Source of the DNA: Ramazzottius varieornatus
Lineage: Eukaryota; Animalia; Tardigrada
NCBI GenBank assembly: GCA_001949185.1
Contig: BDGG01000014.1
Coordinates: 1,147,378-1,211,377, forward strand
Reading direction: 5' to 3'
DNA length: 64,000 bases
Shown here: piece by piece, positions 42,601 through 56,734 of the stretch
How the letters are laid out: the number at the start of each line of letters is the position of its first letter
How positions within the stretch are numbered: position 1 is the first letter of the stretch
The notes under the pieces: generated by a model
What the model saw: only the letters and a program-made list of their open reading frames with translations
Database searches by the model: none
Told to the model about the DNA's origin: nothing
Program-made: the position numbers and the translations under genes

Positions 42601-43606
42601 GGCTGCATTGGGGCTGGTGTTCAGCGTGGCATTGTGGTGTTGCTGGACGGCCTGGGCAGCCTGGGCAGCCGACATGCAGTACTGGGGGTAGCCGGCGGCC
42701 TGTGCCGAGTAGTAGGCATAGGCGGGATGAGTGTGGGCCGCCGTGTGGTTGCCACCGTAGGTGCCGTAGGTGTAATCCAGAGCCTGTTGCTGAAAACTGG
42801 CCGGTGAGGAGCAGCCGGGAGCGGTAGCGAAGGCCGCTGGATTGTAGGCTGTCGGAGTGGCGTAGCTGGAGTAGGCTGATGTTTGGCCGTTGACGACGGA
42901 CTGTACCGGGAAGGAGCTGGCGTAGGGGGAAGCCAGGTAACTGGCGGCGGCCGACGATGCGCCGCCTTGACTTCCTTGCTTTAGATTCCGACCTGTCAAG
43001 AGAGCACGAGGTGAAATTCTCGGTTGGCAGCGCAAGGTCCAAGCCTCTCATCGAGCATTACCAAGAAATGCAGGCTGTGGATTTAGCCTAGACTTGGAAT
43101 AGTGAAATTCAGAACACATCCCAAGTAAGCTGGTTGCAAAAACCGACAACGCAGAAAAGCCAAAATCAATATTATCGGGGGAAAGAATTTTCGAGAGTCT
43201 GACTTTACTCATTTATCTCATTTAGATTTTGAAAGCGGGAACCAATTTGGATTTTGTCGGTTGGATACTGAGCTAGCGCTAGAGGGAGGTTTTGCGAGAA
43301 AAAGGGGGTTTTGTACATGAATAGAAGACTTTGAGAAACCAGAAGAGAAGTCTGGAAACCGAAAGGTTCGCCGAACGTTTCTACGGCGGCGGACGATAGA
43401 GAAGGTTAGGCTGAAAAATGTTTGATGCTATTGATGTTACCGTAGGCGGTTGGGAGGATGGTGCCGGAGTAGGCAGCGATGGCGGCAGCAGCGGCCGGTG
43501 AAGACTGTGAGTTGTAGAAGGGATGGCTGGGGACGGCGTTCTGCAGCGAGGCATAGGCGTTAGCCCCATTCAGTGATGAACTACCCATCGAGGGATAGGC
43601 TTGCAT
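39627..43606 (-). CDS. eya: Eyes absent (EYA) co-activator with HAD-fold Eya domain; both catalytic Asp read as Asn; start codon uncertain
   Basis: P/S/T/Y-rich N-terminus; [20 protein letters not shown]; [19 protein letters not shown]; [20 protein letters not shown]; [14 protein letters not shown]; [20 protein letters not shown]; C-terminal [19 protein letters not shown] 39627-39629. Confidence 0.95.
42456..42516 (+). repeat. Dispersed repeat family C (TCAAGGCCGTGCTGGRCACCAACTTGACAG..CGTAGAAAAA.GGCAGAATT)
   Basis: Close copy on the minus strand at about 63846-63904; partial or core GGCCGTGC copies near 16292-16366, 17066-17166, 31794, 33652-33746, 46500-46530, 56048. Confidence 0.75.
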
Positions 43607-46600
43607 CTTTGGAGGCTTGATTGCAGGCACTCAACGTCGAGGCGACCTTTCAGGCAAGAACCTGCAATAGACCAACAGTGACGTCTTGATTGATGAAGGA
43701 AAAGATGCTTGTCAGATTAGGGGACAAGTGGGGTTGTAAACTTGTAACTGATAGATTCACGAAGTGTAAAGCGGCGGGGTAATTTGATTAGGTTGTGGTG
43801 CTATGGGCGGAAAACGATATAGTCTTACCAACTGAGCTCAGCTGTAAGATCTTCTGACAAATTTATTTGGCTACGGCTGTATTTATATTGACCGGCCCGC
43901 AAATGGATATGCTTCACGGGGGAAAGTGATATCGGTGGATATGCTGTGGTGGTGCGCGCCATGCCCCATCCTCGAGCTGGCTCGACAGCTAAATGTCCCA
44001 AATAAGCATGTTGCACCATGCTTCAAGTTTATGGCTCTGCCCGCAGGCCGCAGCCACCAAGGTGACGCCGATACCCCCAGATCATATTTCCTATGCTAAA
44101 CAGCCTCCTCAGCTTCCAACTCTTGTCTGATATACCTAGACAAACTTCAAACAGTAAAACGTACCCCAGCCGAATAAAAATCGATGTCCGCCTGCTGGAA
44201 ACTGCGACATGAACCTGCATACCCAGTGAAAAGCAACATTTTGGAATTATTTTTCGAGGTGCCTTTTGTACGATGAGAAATTCGGAAGCTGAAGAAGAAG
44301 TAGAGGGTGGTTTTCTACGCTTAACTATAATGTCGGTGAGTGGATGTCTGAAATTGGCTGATACGGCGGATATAATTCAGAAAATATTGCAAGCTTGGGC
44401 TGAAGGCGGCGGCAACCTAGAGAATGGCCTCATTATCCTTGCTGAATGGAGTTGACTCAACTGGACAAACGCTGCTGTCAAGAACATGGTTAATAAACGT
44501 TGACGTTGGCATCGACGCTGGAACAGAGTCAACAGTGAAGGCATAATGCAAAGAAGGACAGTTAATCAGCCACTGTATAATTCGCCGAAAACAGGCCACT
44601 GCCAAGTCAAATACACAACGGTCCCATGCAATGTGTTCCTACGGTGAACCTCTGGTGACCTTTGCGTCACTGTGCGGAAACTTTACTACTTCCGTCTTTT
44701 GGCCAAATGTGCACGTTTTCGAATATAAAGTCAAGTGAAGAGGGTTGAAAGGCAGCTCGAGGAATTTTTCTTGTATGAATGAATCGATAAGTGGAATTTG
44801 AATTGGTGAATGTACTTGAGGGTTCTGTGAAGAGGGCAGACTGGGAAAAAGCGGGAAGGAGCATTAGTGGGCCGTGTACAAACTTGGCTAAAAGTTAAGT
44901 TCAGTTAAGGCTTACTCACTTGAGCAAACATCAGCCTTTAACTGCCTTTTCCCCCCTTCCCCATGCCTCAGCTACTGTCAGCTTGCTCTAAGTGGGAAGA
45001 AGCCAATGGGAGGGAGGTGGGGGAAACTAGTCCATTGTCGGCTTGTGGACTTGGCCGGCTGTTTGTTCTGGCCAAATATTGTACAGCTCGCTGGGCCACA
45101 GATGGCCCTTAAGCCCCCAACCTTCCTTCCTTCCTTCTAGGCCAGCAATGCAGACGCGGTGGCTAATGTTAGTCGACGGCCATGCACAGAATGGAATGGA
45201 ACAGTACATTGGCCAGCTACTTAACTTGCCTTGACTAAACACCAAGTCTGAATTCCAAACACAAACAGTACTATACTACCCATCAGACGTCTGTACATGT
45301 CCCTCAGACCACAACGATCGAGGAAACTCCACTATCGTCGAAACACACTGACAGTCATCTGACGTAGAAAAGGCTTGGCTGTGTTTTTGCTAATTAGGAC
45401 AAATCAGCGGCCGTCTTGTGGCTAATTTGTTGTCGTTTGTACAGAACGAGGTTACATATGAAGCACATGAGGGCCTTCAGTTAGATAACTACTCTACGTG
45501 ATGATTATGAGATAGGGAAGGCGCCAACCAGTCGTTCCGACCAACGCACGTGAAATCACGGGACAGTCGATAGGGAATAGTGATGCGCAAGATGGGGGAC
45601 GTGACACTATTTTCGGGCTGTGATCTTGCTTGGCGTAGGGCTGGTTAGAGGGCGAACATGACCCGTCGGTCGTGGTCACCCGACACTGATTACTATTCGC
45701 TGAAATTCCATATCCCCCGACTTGATCTAACACCATTCACTCTTCGCAACTATCTCACCTTCACAGATGTGCCCTCTTTGCAAAAACAATAGCTCATCAA
45801 GTAAATAATAATCCGTCCCGACAAATAAATACGCAATCAGTCAAATTAAAAAGAAGCGCACAGATTTTTCAACAAGGAAGGTTGGAGGCAGTCGTACAAA
45901 GCGGACGAAAGATTAGATCCGGCCGAAAATGGAAAGATCTGCCATGTCCACACGAATAAGCTTGGGCTACGAAGAAGAGCAGGTGCATTGCTGAGCGAGA
46001 GATAGAGGATATATCTGGGGAGGAAGGCCAAGAGGAAACAAAGCCTGTTGGGAGGAAGGAGATCGGATGACAGCAAGTTGAAATTCTTTCTCACGTTGGA
46101 TCTGCTGATGGAGATCGACCAACATCGTCTCTGCATACTGTATGCTGTGGTGCAGTCAGAGAAGCAAGAGCAGCAATGATGCTTTCAACCCTCGCTTAAT
46201 TATCCTCATCCCTCCAACTACTATGCCACGCCCATTCAGCTCTGCAGCAACCAATTGTAGACAAGGAACCTCCAAATCACCGGTAAACCTTCACTTCCTC
46301 AACCCGCAGAGATTTCATACACCTTTCCCTATGGAGTACACGGAAGTTAAGACCAACTCACCTATTCAGATATGAACAGGTAGAATTTCGTATCACATAT
46401 TTTCACGTATTTATTTCTCAACTTTGATTGCTTTGGATCGTCAGTCATTCTGTAACAACAAATTTCGCCTTTTTTTCTACAAAATTTTAACGAAATGCTC
46501 TGACAGGTTCGTGCCCTGCACGGCCCTGTATGAAGTTTTCGTAGAAACATGGCACTTGCTTCAACTTACTCAATTGTGGAATGCTTGTCTGTGGTCAATC

Positions 46601-49600
46601 ACGGCTTGTCATCAGCGCAGTTGCGCTTTTGTAAAAGATAAGTCATAAGAGGAAGCTTTAATTAGACAGGACGTAATCCTCCTTTCCTTCAGCTTTATAT
46701 TTGACGTTGCAGAAGTTAGAGCGTCGCAACGTCAAGTCTTGCAGATCGATATAATATATGACAAGTTGCTATCTAGACTGAACGTCAGTCGCAGACTTAC
46801 CGTACCCATGAAGAGCCGCGAGGAATGTAGGCCGCTTGGTGAGGGAAAGCTAATGGATGATAGTTTGACAAATTAACCCTGTTTAGAAAGCAGTTTACAT
46901 CATGTCATCCTTATCCACGTTCTCCCCACCAACCATATCATCATATGCATCAACCCATCATTTCACGCTAATTAATGCTACCCAACGCTCGTCCATCACA
47001 GCTGCAATCTGCTCTAAAAACGACGCAAGAGCGCTCCTTAGCGCAAAAGTCGACCTGAAGATCAACATTTTATATTTTCTCTTGGCCTTGACAAAAGTTA
47101 CCAATGAATTTCTCAATGCAAAATGTCGGTACCGATTGTGCAGCGTGAAATTATTGACGTTGAATAATGACTAGAGGCTTTAGGGCTGGAAGCACCACAG
47201 GGGGAGTTTGTGCTCAGCAGCTGGCTGTGAAGAAGGTACAGTCAGTACATCAGAATTGGAAAAGGCAAGCAGTTGCCGTGGGCGGAAAAGGTAGTCAAGA
47301 GGGTGCGCAGCTTGTGTGTGATTTGTGGCGGAAGCGAAAGATGTCCCGCAGTGACAAATTAAAGCATTACCGCACCATGTTGTCCATTATCCGCCTATCC
47401 ACTGAATACACCTTGCTGTCCATTGGTACATTACCTGTACTAACCTCAAAAGCTTGCCAAAGCCCTCAACATCAGAGACACTGCCTGCAAAGTACCTCAA
47501 CCACTTCAGCGGTCATTTGCCTCAACCTACCGAAACTAGTAGAACAATAGGCTTTCGGCAGGCCAATTCCAGGAACATCGAAAACACGATTTTTCAGGAA
47601 ATGGTTTTGAACTTTTGGCACCCCAGAAAACTTTGCGATTGCTGAGGGGAAAAATGGAACCAGCATCAGGGACGACGTGTCTAAAGTTAAATCCGATTTC
47701 TGACCAGTGGTAGAGGAGATGTATCAACTTTTGTCCGGGCTTGTTTCGAGGTGTCTAATTATGAAAGATAAGTGCGCTAAGATGTAATAACGGTGAAAAA
47801 GGACTACACAATTGTTTCCGCCGCCAACCTCCATTACGATCCGCTTCCTGTTGTACGTTCTCCACGGCACCAGCCAGTAACATACAATGCGTTGTAAGGG
47901 GTCAATCTAGGCGGGATCACCCTCAAGAACTACCACAAATTTGCCGAGAACATTTTTTGCGACTTTGAACCGCGGCGAGGTATGGCAAACTTACCAATCG
48001 TTGCCCCTTAATGTTTTCTCATACTTCGTGTCGAAAAACGGTCCTCTGGAGACGAATTTAATCTTCCGGAAATTGGGCTGCCGAAATCCAATAGGCGTGT
48101 AACTTTTCCAAGCAGCAAACCGTCACAGCATCAACCACAAATTTCTTCCTTATTTGGAAACAGTCTCAAATATGATATCGTACTATTCCAGAACTTAACT
48201 GTTTGAGACATACAGTGTGCACTTCTCCGGCTTTTCAATAAAACAGTCTCAGCTTCGAATCATTTAAACTATAATTTGACCGGGTTCGAGCAAACTTTTT
48301 GGACTGAAGAAAACTGCTCTTCTTCCCTGGATAATGTTTTAGCTTATTTTCTACTGTAGCAGATGGTAGTGTATGGAACAAGGTACTTGACAAGGTGGTT
48401 TACAGTTGTAGTGGAAATCGTGTAAGCGGAGCTTCCGTCTCTGGCCATGCCACAAATTGAAGCTTGTTTCGGACACAGTTTCAGGTGAGAAAATATGTGT
48501 CTGTCCACTAGTGGCTCTTCAAGAGCTCTTGTTATCGTTGCACTCTAGAAATAACCGGTAGTGGTCATAAACGAGAGAGATATTTCCAGAAAGATGGCCT
48601 TAGCCTTGATGGCATGGTCCGAGTAGGCACAAACCACTTGACATCCACACCGTCAAACAGTGTCATCCTCCAGATATTCACATATTCATATTCTGACTCT
48701 TGACCACCCAAAGTCCTTTGGCCACCCTCAAGTACCCAATCAAAAAACTCGTTCATTCATCTGTCCCTGTTACACAGCATGACATGTGTTTAGATCATGC
48801 AGTGTTAGATTAACCGCGTGGGAGGCAGAGGCCGTTGTTTTTTAACAAGGTTGACCACTTGTAGGTTTGTGGCATTTTCTCAATCTGTCCGAAATATCAA
48901 GGCTTTTTCCCCTTTAGTATGGATCCAATATTTATAGTCACCTAAATTGTCTGTGACCTTTCAGGGTAAATCAACGCCACGCCCAAACCCGTCTTTTTTC
49001 TTGAATTACGTTTTCAATTCAAGGATTAAGTGTACGACGACTAGCAGGAGCCAGAGCGGCCGACGTTCAGTTCGGACTTGCGAGTTACAGCTGCTCTTGT
49101 ATTATATAAAAAAATATTTTTTCTGGTGTGTCAAAAACAGGAAAGCTGCTTGTCTGTTCGTCCAGATTCTCCCGACTATTTTCTGCACACTGTTGTCATC
49201 ATAAAGCGCGATACGAAGTACGCGTCCGAAAGTGGTGTTTATAGCGAAGTAGCGGATCGTTCAAGAGATTTTGTTTGGAAAGCTCAAGACGCTGGTGTGA
49301 TATTCCACACCACCAGGCTGCCGCTAAGCACAACAAGCCCTGATCAACTGTGCTGCGGTTCTAAAAGGCGCTAAAGCAGCCTAAAGCTTAAGCTAAAACA
49401 AGCTGCACGTTTTCCGTCATGCTTGTTAACCTCTTGAAGACAATAGTCCCTCGACGTCACTTCCGTGTTTTTCCCTTGTCTACTCATTCTTCCCATTAAA
49501 GAGAGCACTCACCCAACGTCATTCCTAATCTGTCAAATTTTACAAAGAGTCGAATGCGCAGCCTATAATTATCACCTCGCAAGCTTGGGCGTTCACATGC

Positions 49601-52600
49601 CGCAGCCAGATAATCGAGATGCCTCCTCGACAGCCGTCCATCAACCAGCGCTATTTTCCGCCATCATTCAACCACTCACTTTCAACAGCTGAAACTACCG
49701 CAAATACACCACAGAAAAAAATTTGCGGACAAACATTTCAGTGCTTTGAACTGCCGAGACTCCAAAAGAATTTTGATGTGAGAAATGGTAGACCTAACTT
49801 ATCATAACATCGATTAGTCGAGTTTCGGGGCGGAAATCAGATTGCTGACGGTGAAAATAATTTACACAATTTTCATTTTGACTGCCGTCGGCTGTCGTCC
49901 ACCTTTCGATAAAGCAATGCCCGCAATACGTTATTATGCTAATGACACCTTTGTTATTATGTGGTTGCACAAAATAAACCCCCGTAGTAAGCGATTAGTT
50001 TGTCCTCAGGACGCAACTTATGCTAATTATCCGCTGCATAATTAATCCTTGCAATTGACGTACCTGTTGTCCACGTGTCCGGCGTTTATTTTCTCGAAGA
50101 TAGCAGTACAATCAACGGTGCCCCATTCTCCCTCTTCTTCCTTGTTCCTCTTAAACGCACGAACAACACAGCAAATTAAAATTGAAGTTGGAATAATAGC
50201 CAGAGTAGAGATTCGAAATGGTCAGCGTTTAAGGATATTGCGCGGGGGGGAATGTTATCAGCATTAGGTAAGGAAGGGCGATTTAGGTCTTATGGCGTTA
50301 AAGAGGTGGAATTTGCCAGTCTGTTCTCAGTTGACTTTACAAGATGTCAATCACTTGATAACACATTGCAGCCAGCGTCACTACTGTCCATATTTCCATA
50401 TTCCCTAGTCCGTACTACCGTCAGTCTAATTCAAGTGCCCATGGCAGAATGGCAGCTGACAAGGCCGACATCTGTAAAGGCTCTGTCCTAACCAACTTCT
50501 TCAAATAGACGCTTTAAACTTCACGCAACAGAAATATACAGGAATGTCTTTGAGTAACAAGAATTATTAAGTGACTTTAGGATAGTTTTTGTATACGGCT
50601 TCACGCGAAAGTGACTTGATGAAAGACGGTCAGTCTCTATTCTTCCGAAGCCTCTTTAGTACTCTACTGGATAAACACAAACATGAGGAAGAATAAGGCC
50701 ATATGGCCGCCGTGATTTCACGCTTTCATCTTCAAAGTCGAAAGGACTTTTAACACATTATATGAACCACTCTCTCTGATGAAAAGACGGACTCTATTTA
50801 AAGGCAAAGAGGCAATTTCTAGAACAAACACTGACCCAGCAAATGCGACCCTCGTCTTTATTCACTGTTTCTGTCGCCAATCTTAAAGCGGAAAAATATG
50901 CGCTACTCTTTCACAGCCAAACTCGTTCGGAAAATCTGTGAAAAATATTGAATGGAAAATACTGCATGTGATTCTTGTGTTTGTTGCGTTGGGGAGAGGT
51001 AATTTTCGAGTACGACTTCCTCCTTGTGATGGCAAGTATCACGTTTCATGGCATGTAATTTCCGTTGTGGCACATTTAGCAGTAATGAACGCAACAGATC
51101 GACCAGAACCATGATCATTAATAATCCTCACGTAATCACAGCTTGTTATGAACTGACATTCATTTGGATGTAACCGTCAATATTATTTTCGAAACACGGC
51201 AAGGACACGAGGGAGACATCTCGCTAACAGAGCTTCGGTGGGTCTTCGCTGCTCGAAAGCTTGGCAGTAATGGGAGATTGAAAGAAAACAGTAAAGTGAT
51301 CCTTATTGGAAGTGAAAAGCGTTGTTGATCGGCGCTGAATTCCTCAGCGAAGGCCAACCAAGCTTCAGACAGGCTTCAACGCCACCCGAAATAACTACAC
51401 TCTTCTTCCCTCCGTTCCCATCAACATCCGCTCAGGAAAGCGTCCTTGCTCTTTCGAGTCCACATTAAAAAAAAAGACGAACGACTACACATCCATTTCT
51501 GAGGTTTTAAGGACCGAAGTTTTGAAAGGGAAAATAACGCTTACCGAACGTTAGGCTATGAAATCCTAAACGCTTCCTAGGTTCGGTTCTTCCGGGTTCT
51601 CGGCGTTGGTTCGTTGCAAAAAGTCTCAGATTGTCCTGTAAAACACGTAACCTGGGTTCGGATGAAAATACTGGCTGTAGATTAGAACTGAGATAGATTC
51701 CAAAGCAAAGAGTGTCGCGGAGAAGATGAACTGGGTGGAGACGGAAGCCAGAGCCAGATGTAAGCGCGGAAGCATCCATCTTCGTTCATGTCCCTTCTGG
51801 ATCTATGTTTTGCAAAACCCATGATTTCAGTACAGTACATCAAGCTTCGGTCCGGAAGGAAGCTTCACGGCAGGCTGGACACTTGTTTAAAATGAGGCCG
51901 CTTAGCGCTTAATTCATCTATCCATCAGCTGCAAAGATGGCAGTAATTGCTCTGACCCATCACCGTCACTCTGACAGCTTTTCAAAGCTCCCTTCCACAC
52001 TTTTCCAAGGCATTTGCAAAATCTAGCAGAAAGATACCTCATTTGCGTAACAAAATATTTTCGGACCTCCCCGAAAACTTCGTCTGCGCACTACGCCCAG
52101 GCTTATCATCTGTGTGGCAGCCCTTCTTTCAGCGTGATGCCCATTAGTGCCAAGCTTTTGCCTTTTTCGCTGCCGTTTTACCTGCAAGAAAATACGATAT
52201 CAGCAGAAACGTTTGCATCAAATTGAGTTGGCGATACTAGCATCACCTACCGAGCAGAAGGTTTCGTTATGCAAACTGCCCAGAGGCTCCATCTTTTGTT
52301 GAAAGTACGTTCGGGCCCTCTAGGTGGAGGAAAAGGGCATCCAGATCGTCAGGCTTAGGTCCACTCGCAAGATCTCTGGAAAACATCAACGCAGTGGACC
52401 GGCAAAAACCAGGAGCACGCTGATCTGGAAAGAGAACAAAAGATCTTTGCGCGCAAACTGAGCACGAGGAAGGTTTGATGGGTTGATTGGCTGTTTAGCT
52501 GAAAAGATTTTCGGCGCGACTGGAAAGGTTGTTTGATTGATATCGTGATCACTCAAAACGTAAATAATCAATATTTTCAACTTCTCTCCTTTCTTTCTCA

Positions 52601-52738
52601 CTCCTAGAAGTGCTAGAACATCTTCTTCAGACTTTAAATCGGAGTAAGACAGCATCTGGCTTCATAGCGCACGATATCAGTCTTTCTATTGCAGGTGAAG
52701 GGCGTGACTTACCAAGTAGGACGTCGGCCACAAGGAAA

Positions 52739-55506
52739 ATGATCAGCCGAGGAGTGATGTCGCACTTCCAGCAGGATGCAGCCTCGCCACCGTCTTTTGT
52801 TCTTCCCGAATACTCGGACTTCTCCACAGCCATATCGGTCGGTATGGATCCGCAACGACCGCTTCTTGTCAAGCAAGCTAGCGCTGAGGACGTAGGAACT
52901 TTTCGACAGCAGGTAAGCCTTCAAAACCAAGATTACTGGTCATTGCGCGACTTGATCGAGGTTATGTTCGTGTTTGAGTCCGGCTCTTCTGATTTTTGCA
53001 GATGCTAATCCCGTTCACTCCACTCAACACTATCGAGAACCGATTCTTTCGGACACAGATCAATGTACCGAATGGAATAAAGGACGAGGAAGAAGAAGAA
53101 CTGCACTCGCCTGTTGATGCCAACGGAGGATCTTGTCCGGATGTTCCCATCTCTTCAGATGTCGAAGCCCCTGTGACCCAGCAGGTGCTTCCGCCATTCC
53201 TCCATCGTTTTCTCAAGCTCGACTTTCCCCTATTCAAGAAAGCTCAACGACTAAAGGACCAGTTTAACGAGATGGTGGCGAGATATTCCAGAAAAGATTC
53301 AGCCGGAAACACTTTTCGTGGATTTTGGCCGAAACTGCACTACCTGTGAGTGAAAATTTCGATTGATTGTTGATGGTACGGTTGTAGGAGGTGACGTCAC
53401 CGCCACGTGCCATTCTTGTGTGTAATACCAACGGGTTGTCACGTGGTCATTGTGATGTGATCTTTCAAACAGCACATAGCCCACCATAACTCGAGTGATG
53501 GCTCGTCTGATGGCTCGCCAACTTTCGCTTTCCAGTTGAGTTTTCTCGCTTTTTTCCAGGGAAACTTCGGCTGTTCGCGCGCTGTCCTACCATCCGCATG
53601 AGACGACCTTGGCTTTTGCGGACGGAAACAGCAACGTTGTTGTTACGTCCTGTGTTGCCAGTTTGTGCGGAAGCCTGGCCGAAGAGACACCGTCCAGCGT
53701 GCCGCTGCGGCATGCGCAACAAGTGGACATCGTTGGACTTTTCTGGGAGTATGAGCTCTCTGCTCGTCACAATTGTTCATCACGACAAACCATATCGATA
53801 ACCTGTGCCTTACTTTATAGCTATTACTCAAAGCGACGTTTGGGAGTCGTCTGCCTTAGGACTTGCCTCGTGTGGAACCTAGAAGGAAGGTCGTCGACGT
53901 CGCCGCAAGTCCCGCAACTCATCTTAAGCATGGACGTTTCCTCGGATATTTTCACTGCGGCATTATTCACATCCAGCTTGACTCTTCTAGTTTCTACGTT
54001 TCACGGTCGACTGCGGGTACGTATTTCGTGAAAGTTTCGATCACTAGAAGCCAGCCTCGCAATTTTATTTGCGTGGGAAGGCTCCACCGTTCGGCGTAAA
54101 CAGTACTGGCGTCCTTTACTGGGTTTCTTGACAGGAATATGATCATTACGGAGTCGATACAGAACGAAGACTGGGCTACGACTGCATCTTGGATCTACGG
54201 CTTTCGCCTGATGGAAAGCTCGTCGGCTATTCCACTTCAAATGGATTTTTAGGGTAAAAACATCCATCTTTTATGCTTATTGAACATTCAGTGTCCTTCG
54301 GTTCGTTCATATTTTTTGTGAAATGCTTACAGAGTCCTGTTTGAAGACAGTTTAGACAGCATCGTCCACCTCGATGTCGGCTCCACTGTTAGCTCTTGGG
54401 CCTTCCTTCCCGACTCATCTTCGCTGGTCTTCACGAAGCGAAACTCGCTAGAACTCTTCTTCCTCGCTATTCCTCCCTTAGACTCTCCTCTGGCTAATTT
54501 CTATATTCCGACCGTGATTGCGACTTTCACGCCGGCCTCTGAAGAGACCGAGGACTCGAAGACTCAGAAGGCGTTATGGGAAATTTCAGGACTTGCTCTG
54601 AACGACGCTGGCTCACACTTGATACTAGCTCTGACCGATCGCAACGGTTCGGTCGAGTCACGGTGCTTGATTAGCATCATGTCGAACGACGCTTCCGGTC
54701 AACATACAGTTAGAAAGGTGTCTGGCTGGGTTCTCTGTGGCAGAGCCGATCGTCCATTCACCACGGACTTCGTACACCAAAAGAGTGGTGGCGACCTTCT
54801 GAGCGTCGTAAGTAAATTTTAAACGACCGTGTTCGAAAAATTAGACGTTACCTTGAGGTTCGTTGTGTTATAGGCTACGAAAGGTGGGTGTATTTTTCAT
54901 CTTCTGATTGCTCCTGTGACTACGGCTGACTACTCCTGGCATTCCATAAGCAAAGTTGCCCCTCGTCAACAGTTACTTTCCGGCAACATGGTTTTCCTCT
55001 TCCTCTACCACGTCCTTCTCCCATCGTTCCGCTGGATAGCATCCTTCTTTATGGCGAATACTCAAGAGCGCCATCTAGATGGTTTCTCGGCTGACATTTC
55101 CAACATGTCCTTCCCCACCATCGCTACTCCTTACAAGGTCAGCCTAGATCCTGGTACCTTAGTCATAACGACAGGGAAAACTGTGCTTTTTGTTCGATCG
55201 TAGGTCAGCCGGATCACTAGCTTTGTTGACAGCAAGGCCGAGAACCCATTGAAAGATCGTCTGTACGAGGATATCCTCAGTCGTGGAATGGCCAGTGTTG
55301 GTGAGGCTTTCCAGGCAGACGGAAGCCTCGGAAATCGCCAACAGAACCGAGACCAGAGTCCGCTGTCCGATCATCACATGTCGGTGGACCGAACTCCGGA
55401 AGTACCCTCTCCTCATCCGTGGAAGAATGCCTTCTCTCCTCTGGTAATCCTTCCAGAGTGCAATGATCGAGACATGGTCGGTGTTCGATTCAATGTGGCT
55501 TTATGA
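52739..55506 (+). CDS. AAAS: Divergent Aladin (AAAS)-like WD40 nucleoporin (multi-exon, ends uncertain)
   Basis: VRALSYHPHETTLAFAD ~ RAFAWHPHTNKFAVA; LRHAQQVDIVGLFW ~ LKHRLQRNVASLAW; RLGVVCLRTCLVWNL ~ VLAVACQSCILIWTL; GDLLSV|ATKGGCIFHL ~ GALLSVGWSTGRIAHI. Low identity, recalled alignment only. Confidence 0.6.
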
Positions 55507-56734
55507 TTGTTGCAGGCACAGCAGCTGGGCAACCTGGGGCTGAAAAGCAATGGTGGGAACAGCTCTCCGCCAGCTTCCTTGCTGCAGCGAATAAACTCGG
55601 TGGGCAAAGGTTCGCCAAAGTCCATTCTGCTCTCACCGAAACTAGTCTTCGGTACGGACAAGGAATAATACTAAGCTTGTCGCATGCGGCCACGCGTCAT
55701 TTCAAGCTCCGAATGCATTTACTTGTTCGTTCATCCTAGAGAGAGTATCCGTAGTTTTATTCTCATACATGTTAGAGGAAGGTGGTTTTGAACTTTTCAG
55801 AGGTCCCGCGTAATATGAGGTTCTTTGCCTTTTACCTGCCACAAGGAGAAGAATGCCGCCAAGTTTGCGATCGCGTTTCAACGTAAGATAACGCGAAGGA
55901 ACGCGACGCAGACACGATATTCCGCAAATTACGCGATAGTTTTGCAGCAATCCGTGCTCAAGCCACGTGTCCTCGTATGAAATGTTCCCCCGGTGATTCG
56001 ATTAGGGGTCGAAAAAACTGCGCGCGGGGGTTCCGGCTGAATGGCTAGCACGGCCCTGCATCAGAATTTTGAGTCTGGTCCTACTGCCTGCTCGTACGGC
56101 TGGCCGTAGGTCCTACGCGACTGTTTTGATGCGCATGTGCCATGCTGCTGCGCGGCGTGCGCCTATTGATGAGCGGCGGTGAACGGTGAGAAAAGCCTGG
56201 CTTGCAAATTTTAATGGCAATTTGTATGAAGTTCACATTAACGATTGACGGCCTTCATCTTGAGCAACTTTATGATTTTGTTACGCCTGTCTGCGGCGCA
56301 GAATCTGCATGTGATCATACGATATGTGTGATGTTTGTTGGCCGTTGCTGGTGAGACGCCGCCGGAGTATTTTGTCTGTCTACGTGTGAGTGACGTCGGG
56401 AAGTGGAGCGCACCTACATGCATACCGTAATATCTGGACAAGCAATAGCGCGCACTGTATGCAGGTGGATGATGCTGTGATGCATTTTAGGTATCAAGGT
56501 TGAATGTTGTTCTTCGATGGGGGTTACTTTCCGAACTATCCTCCTTACCTCTACTGTTTTCTCGTTACAGGGGCTGTTTCGTAGGATCTTAGCTTCTTGC
56601 CGATCATATTTGTGGATTTTCGCGGTGGATTTGGAACAAGGAGTATATTCCTGGAAGATTTGGCAGGATACTGCTTATAACATTGGCTGTACGAAGAAGG
56701 CTCGCTTGATTGTTTGATTGATGAGTTGGGCGGC

